Part shown: piece after piece, positions 7,373 to 16,188 of the stretch
Position numbering within the stretch: position 1 is the stretch's first letter
Layout of the letters: every line of letters begins with the position of its first letter
From: a virus
Lineage: Duplodnaviria > Caudoviricetes
IMG/VR virus record: IMGVR_UViG_3300020045_019473
Location: 1-28,081 of that record
DNA length: 28,081 bases
Direction: 5' to 3' (one strand)
The notes under the pieces: generated by a model
The model's database searches: none
What the model was told of the DNA's origin: nothing
What the model saw: the letters and a program-made list of their open reading frames with translations, nothing else
Translations under genes and position numbers: made by a program

Positions 7373-8899
7373 TCAATCGGTCACGATGGTTCTTGTCGTG
7401 CCGTCGGCAAATTTGATCTTAAGATCCCCGTCGGCGGAATCGACGTAGATTTGGGCGTGGTTGGCCATCGTCGCCGGCGCCGTAATTCCGTCTACAAGAA
7501 CGAACTTCTGCGAGTAAACTCCGGTGAATCGCCGACCGTTGGTGCCGCAACTCACCGTAATATCGGGTTGAGGTGCGAGCGCGGAGGCACTGGCGGAAAG
7601 GATATCAGTTCCGTTCGCACGGAAAGCGAATGTATCAGTCGTACCGTTATACGATAGGTAGTTGAAAGTTTTTCCCCGCACACGAAAGTTGATCGAATTA
7701 TCTCCAGTTAATCCGGTCGTATTAATATCGCGAAGGTAACAAACTCGATTGTCGGTCGCTCCACTGTTATCGGTGATCTTATCGTAAATGTTGGTTGTCG
7801 CCGGGAAGAGGTCACCAACTGTCAACATCGTCCGGTTGACCCCGGCATCGAGAACCATCAAGTTATCCCCGTATCCGTTGGCGTAAGGGACGTTAATAAC
7901 GGCATCGTCGGATCGGACTCGGATCGAATCGCGCCCGGCGGCGACCCCGGTTATTGTAACTTCCGCTATAATATTAGCGTTAAAACCGGCGATGTTGAGC
8001 GCATAACCTGTGAGTCCTGACGGTACCGGGCTGTTAGTCATATCGGCATGATACTGGACGTAGCAATCCTCCCCCTTGCCGAGGATAGCACCGTCGAGGC
8101 AATCCTTCACGATTACATCGCGAACAAAGCAATCCGTTGGGCCGGCGCCAACCCCAGTGCCGTCGCTCGCGAGCGCGATCCCGGCTTTACATCCCTCCGC
8201 GTACCCGCCGTGGATATAAGAGTGCCGGCACAGATTCTTCAGCTGAAGCCCATAGCACGGCGATCCGGTGGACGATAAAGCATAGACCCGGCAATCCCGG
8301 ATCGAGCTGCTCGAAAGCCCTTCAAGAAGGAACCCGTTCTGGCCGTAGCTGTTACTGCGCGAAACGCAGTTGATAAAGTGTACGTTCTTGTAGGTAAACT
8401 GTGTATCGACAAAAGCGAGAAGCGCGGAATTGCGGTGCTCGTAAACCTCAACATCACGGATAATCACGTCATCCGGATTGAGCATACTAATCCCGTGCGA
8501 TGCAAATCCGGTTACGCTGAATCCGCAATCAACCTTAAACCCTTCGAGTACTGTATCGAAGAGGTATTGGAAATTAAAAGCGCTGATGTTGGTTGCCGCC
8601 CGCAAGGCGAAAACGGATGCAAGGCCGGCGCCGCGAACAGCAAAAGATTTAACCGGACTGATCAAGGAAATCGAATCCGTCAGTTTGTAAATTCCCGCCG
8701 GAACATAGCCAACACCCCCCGACAGAGCCAAACTGTCGAAAAATGCCTGCACGCCCGCAGTATCGTCGGCAACCCCATCGCCAACCACATCGAAATCTTT
8801 AAGGCTGACGAACTCGTCGAGTTTGGCTTGCATCCCATTGAGCCATTCAGCGTCAATAGTGGGCAACGAAACGTCGACAAACATCTTACGTTCAAACAT
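7373..8899 (-). CDS. Tailspike / receptor-binding protein with pectate-lyase-like parallel beta-helix
   Basis: N-terminal head-binding-like IDAEWLN; VSLKDFDVVGDGVADDTA..Q...D and YVPAGIY (Pectate_lyase_3 start); beta-helix repeats; C-terminal IYVDSADGDLKIKFADG motif. Confidence 0.88.
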   Translation of the reverse strand: MFERKMFVDVSLPTIDAEWLNGMQAKLDEFVSLKDFDVVGDGVADDTAGVQAFFDSLALSGGVGYVPAGIYKLTDSISLISPVKSFAVRGAGLASVFALRAATNISAFNFQYLFDTVLEGFKVDCGFSVTGFASHGISMLNPDDVIIRDVEVYEHRNSALLAFVDTQFTYKNVHFINCVSRSNSYGQNGFLLEGLSSSSIRDCRVYALSSTGSPCYGLQLKNLCRHSYIHGGYAEGCKAGIALASDGTGVGAGPTDCFVRDVIVKDCLDGAILGKGEDCYVQYHADMTNSPVPSGLTGYALNIAGFNANIIAEVTITGVAAGRDSIRVRSDDAVINVPYANGYGDNLMVLDAGVNRTMLTVGDLFPATTNIYDKITDNSGATDNRVCYLRDINTTGLTGDNSINFRVRGKTFNYLSYNGTTDTFAFRANGTDILSASASALAPQPDITVSCGTNGRRFTGVYSQKFVLVDGITAPATMANHAQIYVDSADGDLKIKFADGTTRTIVTD

Positions 8900-9219
8900 T
8901 AGAATCCTCCGGTTTTATAAGTGCTGAGATTGTGGATGAATTTCGGCCTGACACAGCCGGGAATAGCGTACCCAGGGATAGCGGTTGTCCCGTCGGGAGT
9001 GCAAAACTTGACAAAATTATCCGGCGGCGGGGGCTGAACCCAGGGCGGAGTCGGATTTTCGGCTTTCCCCCGGACAAAATCTTGCGGATGCCGAGGTTCC
9101 GAATGTTCCCGGCAAACCCAGTATCCTTGCCACTGCCGGACGAAAGTCGAGGCTTTTGCCTTACGCCCGCACCGAGCGCAGACAGCATTCCAATCACCTC
9201 TGGCGTAGTGATCACTCAC
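8899..9219 (-). CDS. Small Zn-finger-like phage protein (CxxC...CxxH, EPRHPQDFVRG)
   Basis: GTG at 9219 preceded by AAGGAGG; GDWNAVCARCGRK...GYWVCREHSEPRHPQDFVRG; TAATG overlap with the tailspike start. Confidence 0.8.
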   Translation of the reverse strand: MSDHYARGDWNAVCARCGRKAKASTFVRQWQGYWVCREHSEPRHPQDFVRGKAENPTPPWVQPPPPDNFVKFCTPDGTTAIPGYAIPGCVRPKFIHNLSTYKTGGF

Positions 9220-12200
9220 TTTGGCGGTCCTCCTTGAGTTGACGCTTTTCTTCCTTCTCATTCCAGGCTTCTGCGCCGCCCATCAGACGCCAGTAAAGGA
9301 ACTTCCCGATGATCGGTGTGTTTTCAAGGACTCGCGGATCGGCGTGATAGACCTGTTCGAAAATCTTCCAAGGCGGAGCGATAGTACTCATGATGAGGGT
9401 TTCGTAACCTTTACCCTGGCGAATCTTGTCCATCATGTAACTGGACATGCCGTAGGTCTTGAGCAGGTTGAGCGGAAGATCCCCCCAATCACGCTCGCGC
9501 TCGCGGCCGAGGATAAAGTCCCGAATCATATCGGCGCTGGCGCCAGCGAGGGCGAGTGTCGCTCCGATTCGAAGGGCGTTCTTAATCCCCTCACCTGGAT
9601 TGCCCCCGCGAAGTTGCTGCCAGACTTTCCGCCGGGCCAGGTCCATCTGCTTGATGGCGAATGTCTTGAGCTGATACATCACCCGGCCGTTCGGGTTGTC
9701 GAGATAAGCCTGGGGCACTTCAATCTTCGTGATCGGCTGAGCATCTGCAAGTTCCCGGAACGCGAGTTCGAGAGTGAGCGGACCCTTGGTTTCGGCCTGG
9801 AGTTCCTCGATTAGGCCACCAAGATCCTTGCCGAAATAGTCCCCGTATTGCTTGGCAATTTTCGTCCGCCCGACTTCGGATTTGGCGAGTGCCCTGAATT
9901 TGTTGATCGCAGCGTTAGTCAGAGTCGTTTTACCGAGTTGATCGATGAGGGAGAATCCTGAGAACTTGAATACTTTGTCCAGGATTTTCGCGGAAGAGAG
10001 GGTGCCGGAGAACTCCTCAATCACATGATCGACCAGGCCGAGGTCGGTAACACTGATCCGATCCGGGGAACGGGTGAGGACCTGGCGAAGGGATTTAATT
10101 GTTGGGAGAAGCCCATGCAAGGGGACTGACATTGCAACGTCGCCGAGCTGGACGGCCGCCGAAGTCACGTGGCCGAGAAGCATTGCATTGGACCAGTTAC
10201 GCAAGTTCTGCAGGGGCACCGCCATTGCCCGCTCACCAGGGCCGAACCGCGAATGGAGGAGATCCTTGAGCTTGTTGAAATCCTCCGGCTTGATCTTACC
10301 GCGCGCTTGCTCCTCAAAAAGGAGGTTGCCGACGGAAGAGTCGAGGTTGATCCGGCCATTATCCGCAGAACGAATAAGGTGCTTCCCGAAGAACTTAGCC
10401 TTTTCAATTTCCCTCGCGGCAGCTCGAGCATAGAGCATCAGGCCCTCAGCCGGCGGCGCGTAGAACTTGGCGAGTTCCGGTGAGATTTCTCCGAGCTTAC
10501 GTTCACGGAGGAAACGACTTTTCCCACCACCACCCGGCCGGGAGGAAAGATAATCATTAACAATGGCGGAGATTTCGACGGGCGACAAGCCCTGGCCGGT
10601 AGTACGGACGGCCTTAACATCGGCCTCGGCGATCCGTTTCTCGAGGGCAGTCTTCACGTCGGCACCGAGGGCTTCCATCAGCCCCTCATAATCGGTGACG
10701 ATCCGGGGGAAATAGTCCTGACGTAATCCCTTAAGTAGGCGATTTTCCCGGAGAGCCTCGCCGTATTTGTCGAGCTGGGCGCGGACGACTCGGAATTGCT
10801 GGATGAGTTCGGGCTTGCCCAGGCGGCCGAGTTCCGCCGCGATCCTGGCGTGGCTATTCGAAAGGATTGCCGCCGACAAGGCCGAGTCAGATTTGAGCTT
10901 ACCAACGCCGGCGACGAACGGTTCCATCTTCACCAGGGCGTCGTGAGCCGTGACAAGAGTGGATTTCTCGAATTGATCGAGGCGACGGAGAACCGACTCC
11001 GACATGCCGCGAATCCGAGTGGAAAGAGTCCCGAGGGTATATTCGGCCGCACGGCCAACCGCTGCAACGGAATCGCGGATAGCGGGAGACGGGGACTTGG
11101 CAAGCCGCGACAGACCGAGGATGGCAAGGCCGGCTCCAGTTATTCCACCGGTGATGGCGCCTTTGAGTTTATTTTCCTCGTCAGCGAGCCAGGCACCGAG
11201 GGCTGTACCCCCACCGATCGCGGCAGAAATGCTCATAATCTCGGTGTTGGCCGATCCGATCTGGGTCCGGCGACCGCCGCCAGGAAGCTTGGAGTTGCCG
11301 GCAATCGGCACCTCATACCAACCGTGGCCAGCAGAATCGGTGACATGCTTGCCGTCGAGCTGCTTAAGGAACTTGGTTACGTCCTTTGCGTAGCGATCGT
11401 AAATGCCTTGATGCTCGGGAGAGAAGCGCGTTGTTGGGCGTTCGTAACTCTCTGTAGGTCTTCCCGCACGGCCGCCGTTGTCCCAAGCGGCTTGCCTATC
11501 CGGCCACCCCTCCACCTTCGCCACTGTGTCGGCGTCGGCGAAACGAACAACTGGCTCGCCTTTTGCGGCAGAGTCTGCCATCTCCTCTCGGATCAGCCGC
11601 TTGTGCCAATCTTTGAGCATAGGGGAAACTTTAACAGCTGACGTCGATGTCGCTATCTTAGCTTCTAGCTCGGCATTCCTTAGTCGAAGAGGCTGAAGTA
11701 AAATCCTGCGCGTTCCCGGCGGCGCTTGCCCAGAATCAATCTGCCGATTCAGTCGTAAAGCGGCAACATATTCTTCCCTAGCAGCCAGATATTCTTCCTG
11801 CAACTTTATACGCTCTTCCGGCGTCAACACCTTCCCAGCTTTCTGCGCCAGGTCACTCTGCATTTCGACAACATGGCGGACGCCGCCCTCATCGAACGAG
11901 CGGGTGTGAGCGAAGTAATTTGGATCGTTGAAATGGTTGGCGGTGCCGAGTTCGATGGGGGATTGATAGATAGTAGTGCGCGAAATGGGCGCTGCAAGTT
12001 CGCGCGCAGAAACTTCAGCCGCATTCTCAGCTTCAAGCCGGGCAACCTCCTCTGGAGTTGCATTTTCAGGTATCCAGACGCCCCGATCAATACCATCAAC
12101 CGGAGCCAATCGACCGATATTCTCCAACCCATACGAAGCGAACTGTTGCGTCTCTTCCTTCTTAAGTTCAAAGTCCCCCGTCGCTTCCTTGACGCCGGTC

Positions 12201-13822
12201 CAGAGTTGCTTCGCTGTAATCCGGTCGCCGGGGACAGCCGCAAGGGCCGACTCCAAAATCCCCCGTTCCATCTTGGTGACTTCCTGGCGCTTGAGTAACT
12301 GTTGGACCTGCGTCTTGCTGAAGTCGAATGCGTTCTCGGGAAGCATCTCGAGAGTGGACAGGGTGTACGGGGAGGCGTCCTTGAAGATTTTGTGCGGGGC
12401 AGCATCCGGCATCGAACGGATAGCTTCAAGCGTCAACGGCCCACGTCCCCGGCCAACGGCGAGCGCGCCTGCCCCAATCGCAAGTGCGGCCTCTTCCGCA
12501 CTCGGCTCCATTGTGAGAGCGAGGCCCAGGCCAGTCGCTCCGACGGCGGCAGCCGTTATGACTTTGGGGTCAGTGATTCTGCTGGACCCGCGCAAGGCGA
12601 CCCGCTCTTCCGAAGTCAGATCGAACAGGCGACCACTCCGAACCTTGGCAAGGCCTGAATTCAGGGCGTCGGTGTTGGGGATTAATTTACCCTGATCGCC
12701 GCGACCAAGCGTATCGGCGAGGCCCCGACGCTCGAGGCCCTGTTGCGTTGCCATCTGCTCGGCGGTTCCGAACGGTGTGCCGTCGGGAGTTGTGATCGGC
12801 CGTTCAATCGGCGCGTTTAGGTCGAGTTCCGCGCCTTCCCGGTAGCCGGTTCGAGGAGCACGCTCGCCCATATTCGACAGGCCTTCAGCTTCGGCGCGGG
12901 CCCGCTCTCGAGCCTCGGCCATACCTTCAGCCTGGAGCTGGGTGCGGTCAGCCTCGGAAAGTTCCCAACCGGCAGACGATCGATCCGCTGCTGTCATACT
13001 CGGGTCGCCGGCAAAGGCGGCTCGAACGTCTGCGCGCTTTTGAGCACGGAGTTTACGTTCAGCTTTGGCGATGTCGGAGACGGCTTGGGGAGTATCAGCG
13101 CGGATTTCAACCGGGCGATTGATTGCCTCCGCTTCTGCGAGTTTCTCGCCGGCGGCAACCTCCCGGCCGAAGCGTTCGCCCTCGGCGGCAGCGAGTTGCT
13201 TCTGAATCTCCGCATTGGCTCGGCGGAGTTCACCCGCCTTCATCACGGCCTTGGTTCCGGCACCAATCCCTTTGATCCCGAGAGCGCCAAGCAGACCGTT
13301 GAAGGTCATCATGACATCTTCTTTGAGGATCCAACTGTCCGATCCCTTCTCGACAGCCCTCGCTCCCTCTTCGACCTTGGACATGAGAGTCTCGAGGGCT
13401 TGCGGGATTGCCCCCGGCTCGTCCTTGCGGAGAACTCCCATCCGCGTGAGGGTCGTCCGGATTGGAGTGCCGAATTGCTCGCCGATCTTGCCGGAGAGTT
13501 GCGCGCCTTCAGCAGCGACTTGGCGGCGATCTTCTCCACGGACGGCGCCGGAAACCCGGCGGATACCTTCGGCAACTGTTCCCGCCGCCATCGCCGGCAA
13601 TCCGACCGTTCCCAGATCGATTACGTCGGCGGCACCTCCAAGAAGTTCACGGCCAAAACGCGTTGCTTTACCAAAAGAAGTTTCCCCCTCTGGGCCCGGC
13701 GATTTCGCGGCGCTTTCACCTAGCGCCCGGAGTTCCGGCGGCAATTCAACAGCAGCCGTCCCGCCTGTCGACGCCGGTCCTCCCATCAGTGCACTCAATT
13801 CCGGCGGCAGTTGCGTGCTCAT
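9212..13822 (-). CDS. Large internal virion / DNA ejection protein (1536 aa), polyvalent-protein-like
   Basis: Third and largest ORF after the tail nozzle genes, the position of podoviral ejectosome proteins; Ala/Gly/Glu-rich helical sequence, hydrophobic hairpins, DYFPR motif and helical C-terminal region. Confidence 0.8.
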   Translation of the reverse strand: MSTQLPPELSALMGGPASTGGTAAVELPPELRALGESAAKSPGPEGETSFGKATRFGRELLGGAADVIDLGTVGLPAMAAGTVAEGIRRVSGAVRGEDRRQVAAEGAQLSGKIGEQFGTPIRTTLTRMGVLRKDEPGAIPQALETLMSKVEEGARAVEKGSDSWILKEDVMMTFNGLLGALGIKGIGAGTKAVMKAGELRRANAEIQKQLAAAEGERFGREVAAGEKLAEAEAINRPVEIRADTPQAVSDIAKAERKLRAQKRADVRAAFAGDPSMTAADRSSAGWELSEADRTQLQAEGMAEARERARAEAEGLSNMGERAPRTGYREGAELDLNAPIERPITTPDGTPFGTAEQMATQQGLERRGLADTLGRGDQGKLIPNTDALNSGLAKVRSGRLFDLTSEERVALRGSSRITDPKVITAAAVGATGLGLALTMEPSAEEAALAIGAGALAVGRGRGPLTLEAIRSMPDAAPHKIFKDASPYTLSTLEMLPENAFDFSKTQVQQLLKRQEVTKMERGILESALAAVPGDRITAKQLWTGVKEATGDFELKKEETQQFASYGLENIGRLAPVDGIDRGVWIPENATPEEVARLEAENAAEVSARELAAPISRTTIYQSPIELGTANHFNDPNYFAHTRSFDEGGVRHVVEMQSDLAQKAGKVLTPEERIKLQEEYLAAREEYVAALRLNRQIDSGQAPPGTRRILLQPLRLRNAELEAKIATSTSAVKVSPMLKDWHKRLIREEMADSAAKGEPVVRFADADTVAKVEGWPDRQAAWDNGGRAGRPTESYERPTTRFSPEHQGIYDRYAKDVTKFLKQLDGKHVTDSAGHGWYEVPIAGNSKLPGGGRRTQIGSANTEIMSISAAIGGGTALGAWLADEENKLKGAITGGITGAGLAILGLSRLAKSPSPAIRDSVAAVGRAAEYTLGTLSTRIRGMSESVLRRLDQFEKSTLVTAHDALVKMEPFVAGVGKLKSDSALSAAILSNSHARIAAELGRLGKPELIQQFRVVRAQLDKYGEALRENRLLKGLRQDYFPRIVTDYEGLMEALGADVKTALEKRIAEADVKAVRTTGQGLSPVEISAIVNDYLSSRPGGGGKSRFLRERKLGEISPELAKFYAPPAEGLMLYARAAAREIEKAKFFGKHLIRSADNGRINLDSSVGNLLFEEQARGKIKPEDFNKLKDLLHSRFGPGERAMAVPLQNLRNWSNAMLLGHVTSAAVQLGDVAMSVPLHGLLPTIKSLRQVLTRSPDRISVTDLGLVDHVIEEFSGTLSSAKILDKVFKFSGFSLIDQLGKTTLTNAAINKFRALAKSEVGRTKIAKQYGDYFGKDLGGLIEELQAETKGPLTLELAFRELADAQPITKIEVPQAYLDNPNGRVMYQLKTFAIKQMDLARRKVWQQLRGGNPGEGIKNALRIGATLALAGASADMIRDFILGRERERDWGDLPLNLLKTYGMSSYMMDKIRQGKGYETLIMSTIAPPWKIFEQVYHADPRVLENTPIIGKFLYWRLMGGAEAWNEKEEKRQLKEDRQSE

Positions 13823-15075
13823 TCGTCATCCCCCTCTTGATCCGGGTCGAGCGGATTCATCCGGGCGGCCGCTGTTGCTGGCGCTTTCACTGGCTCAAAG
13901 CCACTCCCATTGACACCCTTACCTGCGCCAAGATAACGCCAGGGGCCTTGCGAAGTCTGATAAATCGTGCCGGATTTGAGACCTTCTTTCGTCGCCGGAA
14001 TTTCGGCCGGACGAGCCTCCGTCCCGCGTTTGGGAGTGTATTTCCCCTTGCCGACGCTCATCCCGAGGAAACTCGACGGCTCTTCAATATCCCCACGAAG
14101 TCGCGCTTCGGAAATCACCTGCTCGAGGGCACTCTCCATCGACAGCGCTCGATTGGTTTCGGATCTCCGCTTGGCCTCGGCCGCAATGTCATAAGCCATC
14201 GCGTCGAGATCGGGCTTCGAAAGATCGACTTTCATCCGCTTGAGTTCGTTCGAGGCCCTCATCCGGAGTGCCGGCGGTGGGTCGGTCAACTTGGGATCGG
14301 TTCCCGTCTTGGCCCGGTTCGCAGCGATCTCTCGGCGGTCCTCGATCGAGCGGTCGATCTGACCCAGCCGCGCGTCGCGGTAAGCCTGTTGATGCTGACG
14401 ATTCCTCTCCTTGCCCGCGAGATCGGCCTCGTCAATCGCGAGTTTCCGCCGATCAATCTCGGCCTTCGAGTTCTTCACGATTCCCTGAACCAGCGCCGGG
14501 TTGTACCCATTCATGAGTTCTTTCGGCGGCGGGAAATCCTTCGCCCACGGCCGACTCTGCGCAATCATCAGGGCCTGATCGTAAGACTGTTTCGAGTTCA
14601 CACCGGCGAAGAGTTGCTGAATATCTTCGAGTGCATCCATTTCCGACTTCATGATTCGTTGCTTCTCGAGCGCGCCGGAGGTCGCAACTGTCTGCATATC
14701 CTTGTCGATTTGCGAGGCAGCCTTGGCGGCGTCGGCGGCTCCTTTCGTATCCCCGAGCCGTGCGAGGGTACTTGCCTGCTGCAACAGCGTATCGCGCATT
14801 TGCTCCGATGAGGGAGCATCGTCAGTCGGGGCGACCCCGGCGAGGGCGGCGATTCGTTGCTCCTCCGCCTTGGCAGAGCGTTCGGCGGAATCGACTTGGG
14901 AATTATGCAAACGCATAATCGATTGTTTATGCGCGCGGTCAATCTCAAGCTGCTGCGCATCCAAGTCGGTCGCCCGGTTACGGCGAGCTTGTTCGTCCAG
15001 AGCAATTTCGTAAGTTCGAAATGCCTGCAGGCCGCCGGCAATCCCGCCAACGCCTGGAGAACCAAAGTCAGCCAT
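13819..15075 (-). CDS. Internal virion / ejection protein (coiled-coil rich)
   Basis: Gly-rich N-terminus (GVGGIAGGLQA), long Ala/Gln/Arg/Glu helical stretches, position between the DNA transfer protein and the large ejection protein; ATGA overlap downstream. Confidence 0.75.
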   Translation of the reverse strand: MADFGSPGVGGIAGGLQAFRTYEIALDEQARRNRATDLDAQQLEIDRAHKQSIMRLHNSQVDSAERSAKAEEQRIAALAGVAPTDDAPSSEQMRDTLLQQASTLARLGDTKGAADAAKAASQIDKDMQTVATSGALEKQRIMKSEMDALEDIQQLFAGVNSKQSYDQALMIAQSRPWAKDFPPPKELMNGYNPALVQGIVKNSKAEIDRRKLAIDEADLAGKERNRQHQQAYRDARLGQIDRSIEDRREIAANRAKTGTDPKLTDPPPALRMRASNELKRMKVDLSKPDLDAMAYDIAAEAKRRSETNRALSMESALEQVISEARLRGDIEEPSSFLGMSVGKGKYTPKRGTEARPAEIPATKEGLKSGTIYQTSQGPWRYLGAGKGVNGSGFEPVKAPATAAARMNPLDPDQEGDDE

Positions 15076-15086
15076 TGAGGTTCCCC

Positions 15087-15632
15087 TTAAAATTCGTAGA
15101 TCGAGCCAGAACTAGGCATTGATTGGCCCAGACTAATGCCTTGCGATGGGAGAGAGTAATCTATCGGCGCCGGAGCCCAGCCACCGCCGGTATTTCCAGC
15201 GTTCGCGTTTTGGTACTGCCGCATTAGCTCGCCGATCCCATAGCCTGTTTGCCCCATCGCGCTTTGATACAGTCCCGCCGCGGTCGCTTGGCCAGCCCCC
15301 GGAGTCTGCCCGGCGCCGGCGAGGGTAGCCAACCGGTTTGCTTCCTCATTGTAGAACTGACCTCCGTACCGAAACATCGAAGCGGCAAGATTGCCTGAAC
15401 CGAGATAACCTCGCGAGCCCATTGTCCGCTCGATTGCGTCCAGCCCCGCTTGATACCCCGGCCGTTGGGTCAGCAGTCCCGGATTGGCTTCAAGTTCTTG
15501 CAGCTTTGCCGCATAGCCGGGTCGATACGGAGCAAAAGGATCGCTCGCCGCCGCCACTTTGTCGCCGGATTTTTTCGTCAGCAAACCACCGGCGATTGAA
15601 GCACCAGCCATAATGAGAGCAGGCCAAATCAT
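15087..15632 (-). CDS. DNA transfer / pilot ejection protein (P22 gp7-like)
   Basis: Hydrophobic N-terminus (ALIMAGASIAGGLL), PGYQ and RGYLGSGN motifs, Gly/Ala/Gln-rich; AGGAG RBS. Confidence 0.75.
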   Translation of the reverse strand: MIWPALIMAGASIAGGLLTKKSGDKVAAASDPFAPYRPGYAAKLQELEANPGLLTQRPGYQAGLDAIERTMGSRGYLGSGNLAASMFRYGGQFYNEEANRLATLAGAGQTPGAGQATAAGLYQSAMGQTGYGIGELMRQYQNANAGNTGGGWAPAPIDYSLPSQGISLGQSMPSSGSIYEF

Positions 15633-15642
15633 AAATTCTCCT

Positions 15643-16188
15643 TTACCACCACTCGGTGATTTCCCAGTGCAAGGTTGTTGAAAATGCCGCAGTACTTGTA
15701 CGATTAAACGTCAAAGCAGTATCGCTTGCCAGCAGCACAGATCCGTCGTACGGTTCGAGTGAACTTGCCGCCGACGAATAAAATCCGAGCAAGCGGACTT
15801 CAGCCTTCGCTGTGTTGTAGACGGCCGGAGAAAGTGCAATTGTTAGTATACTCGCTCCAGAGGGAATCACCGCCCAACCACGAAGTATTTGACGGATCTT
15901 ACTCGCACCGAAAAGTTGCCAGTTATCCGAGTCACTCGACGGATCGGTTGATCCGCTGGTTGCGCCGGTGCAGACGTACTGCAACTGGTTTGCCGGCGAC
16001 CAGACAATATCGTCCACCACATATGAATCGCCGGAAGTCCATTTCGGAGTCACGCCGTTGCTCCCGTCTCTCAGATTTTGAATTGCCCGGCTCAAGTCGA
16101 TAAAGTACTGGCGCCAGGCGTCATCAACAAGCATCAAGTCCGCATCGCGGAGCATCGGCCGGTGTTGTGGGGGCTCGCGGAAACTCAC
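15643..16188 (-). CDS. Small tail-associated protein with CBM5/12-like module and C-terminal beta domain
   Basis: GTG start overlaps the nozzle gene stop (GTGA, 16185-16188); N-terminal AWRQYF helix; WTSGDSYVVDDIV...YVC...DPS...W carbohydrate-binding-like motif. Confidence 0.7.
   Translation of the reverse strand: MSFREPPQHRPMLRDADLMLVDDAWRQYFIDLSRAIQNLRDGSNGVTPKWTSGDSYVVDDIVWSPANQLQYVCTGATSGSTDPSSDSDNWQLFGASKIRQILRGWAVIPSGASILTIALSPAVYNTAKAEVRLLGFYSSAASSLEPYDGSVLLASDTALTFNRTSTAAFSTTLHWEITEWW

Noticed and set aside
13462-14811. 449-aa + strand ORF, and similar ones at 10796-11641, 19001-19726 and 20804-21802
   Set aside because: Antisense to well-supported structural genes, with Arg/Pro-rich or otherwise non-protein-like composition and no recognisable domains.
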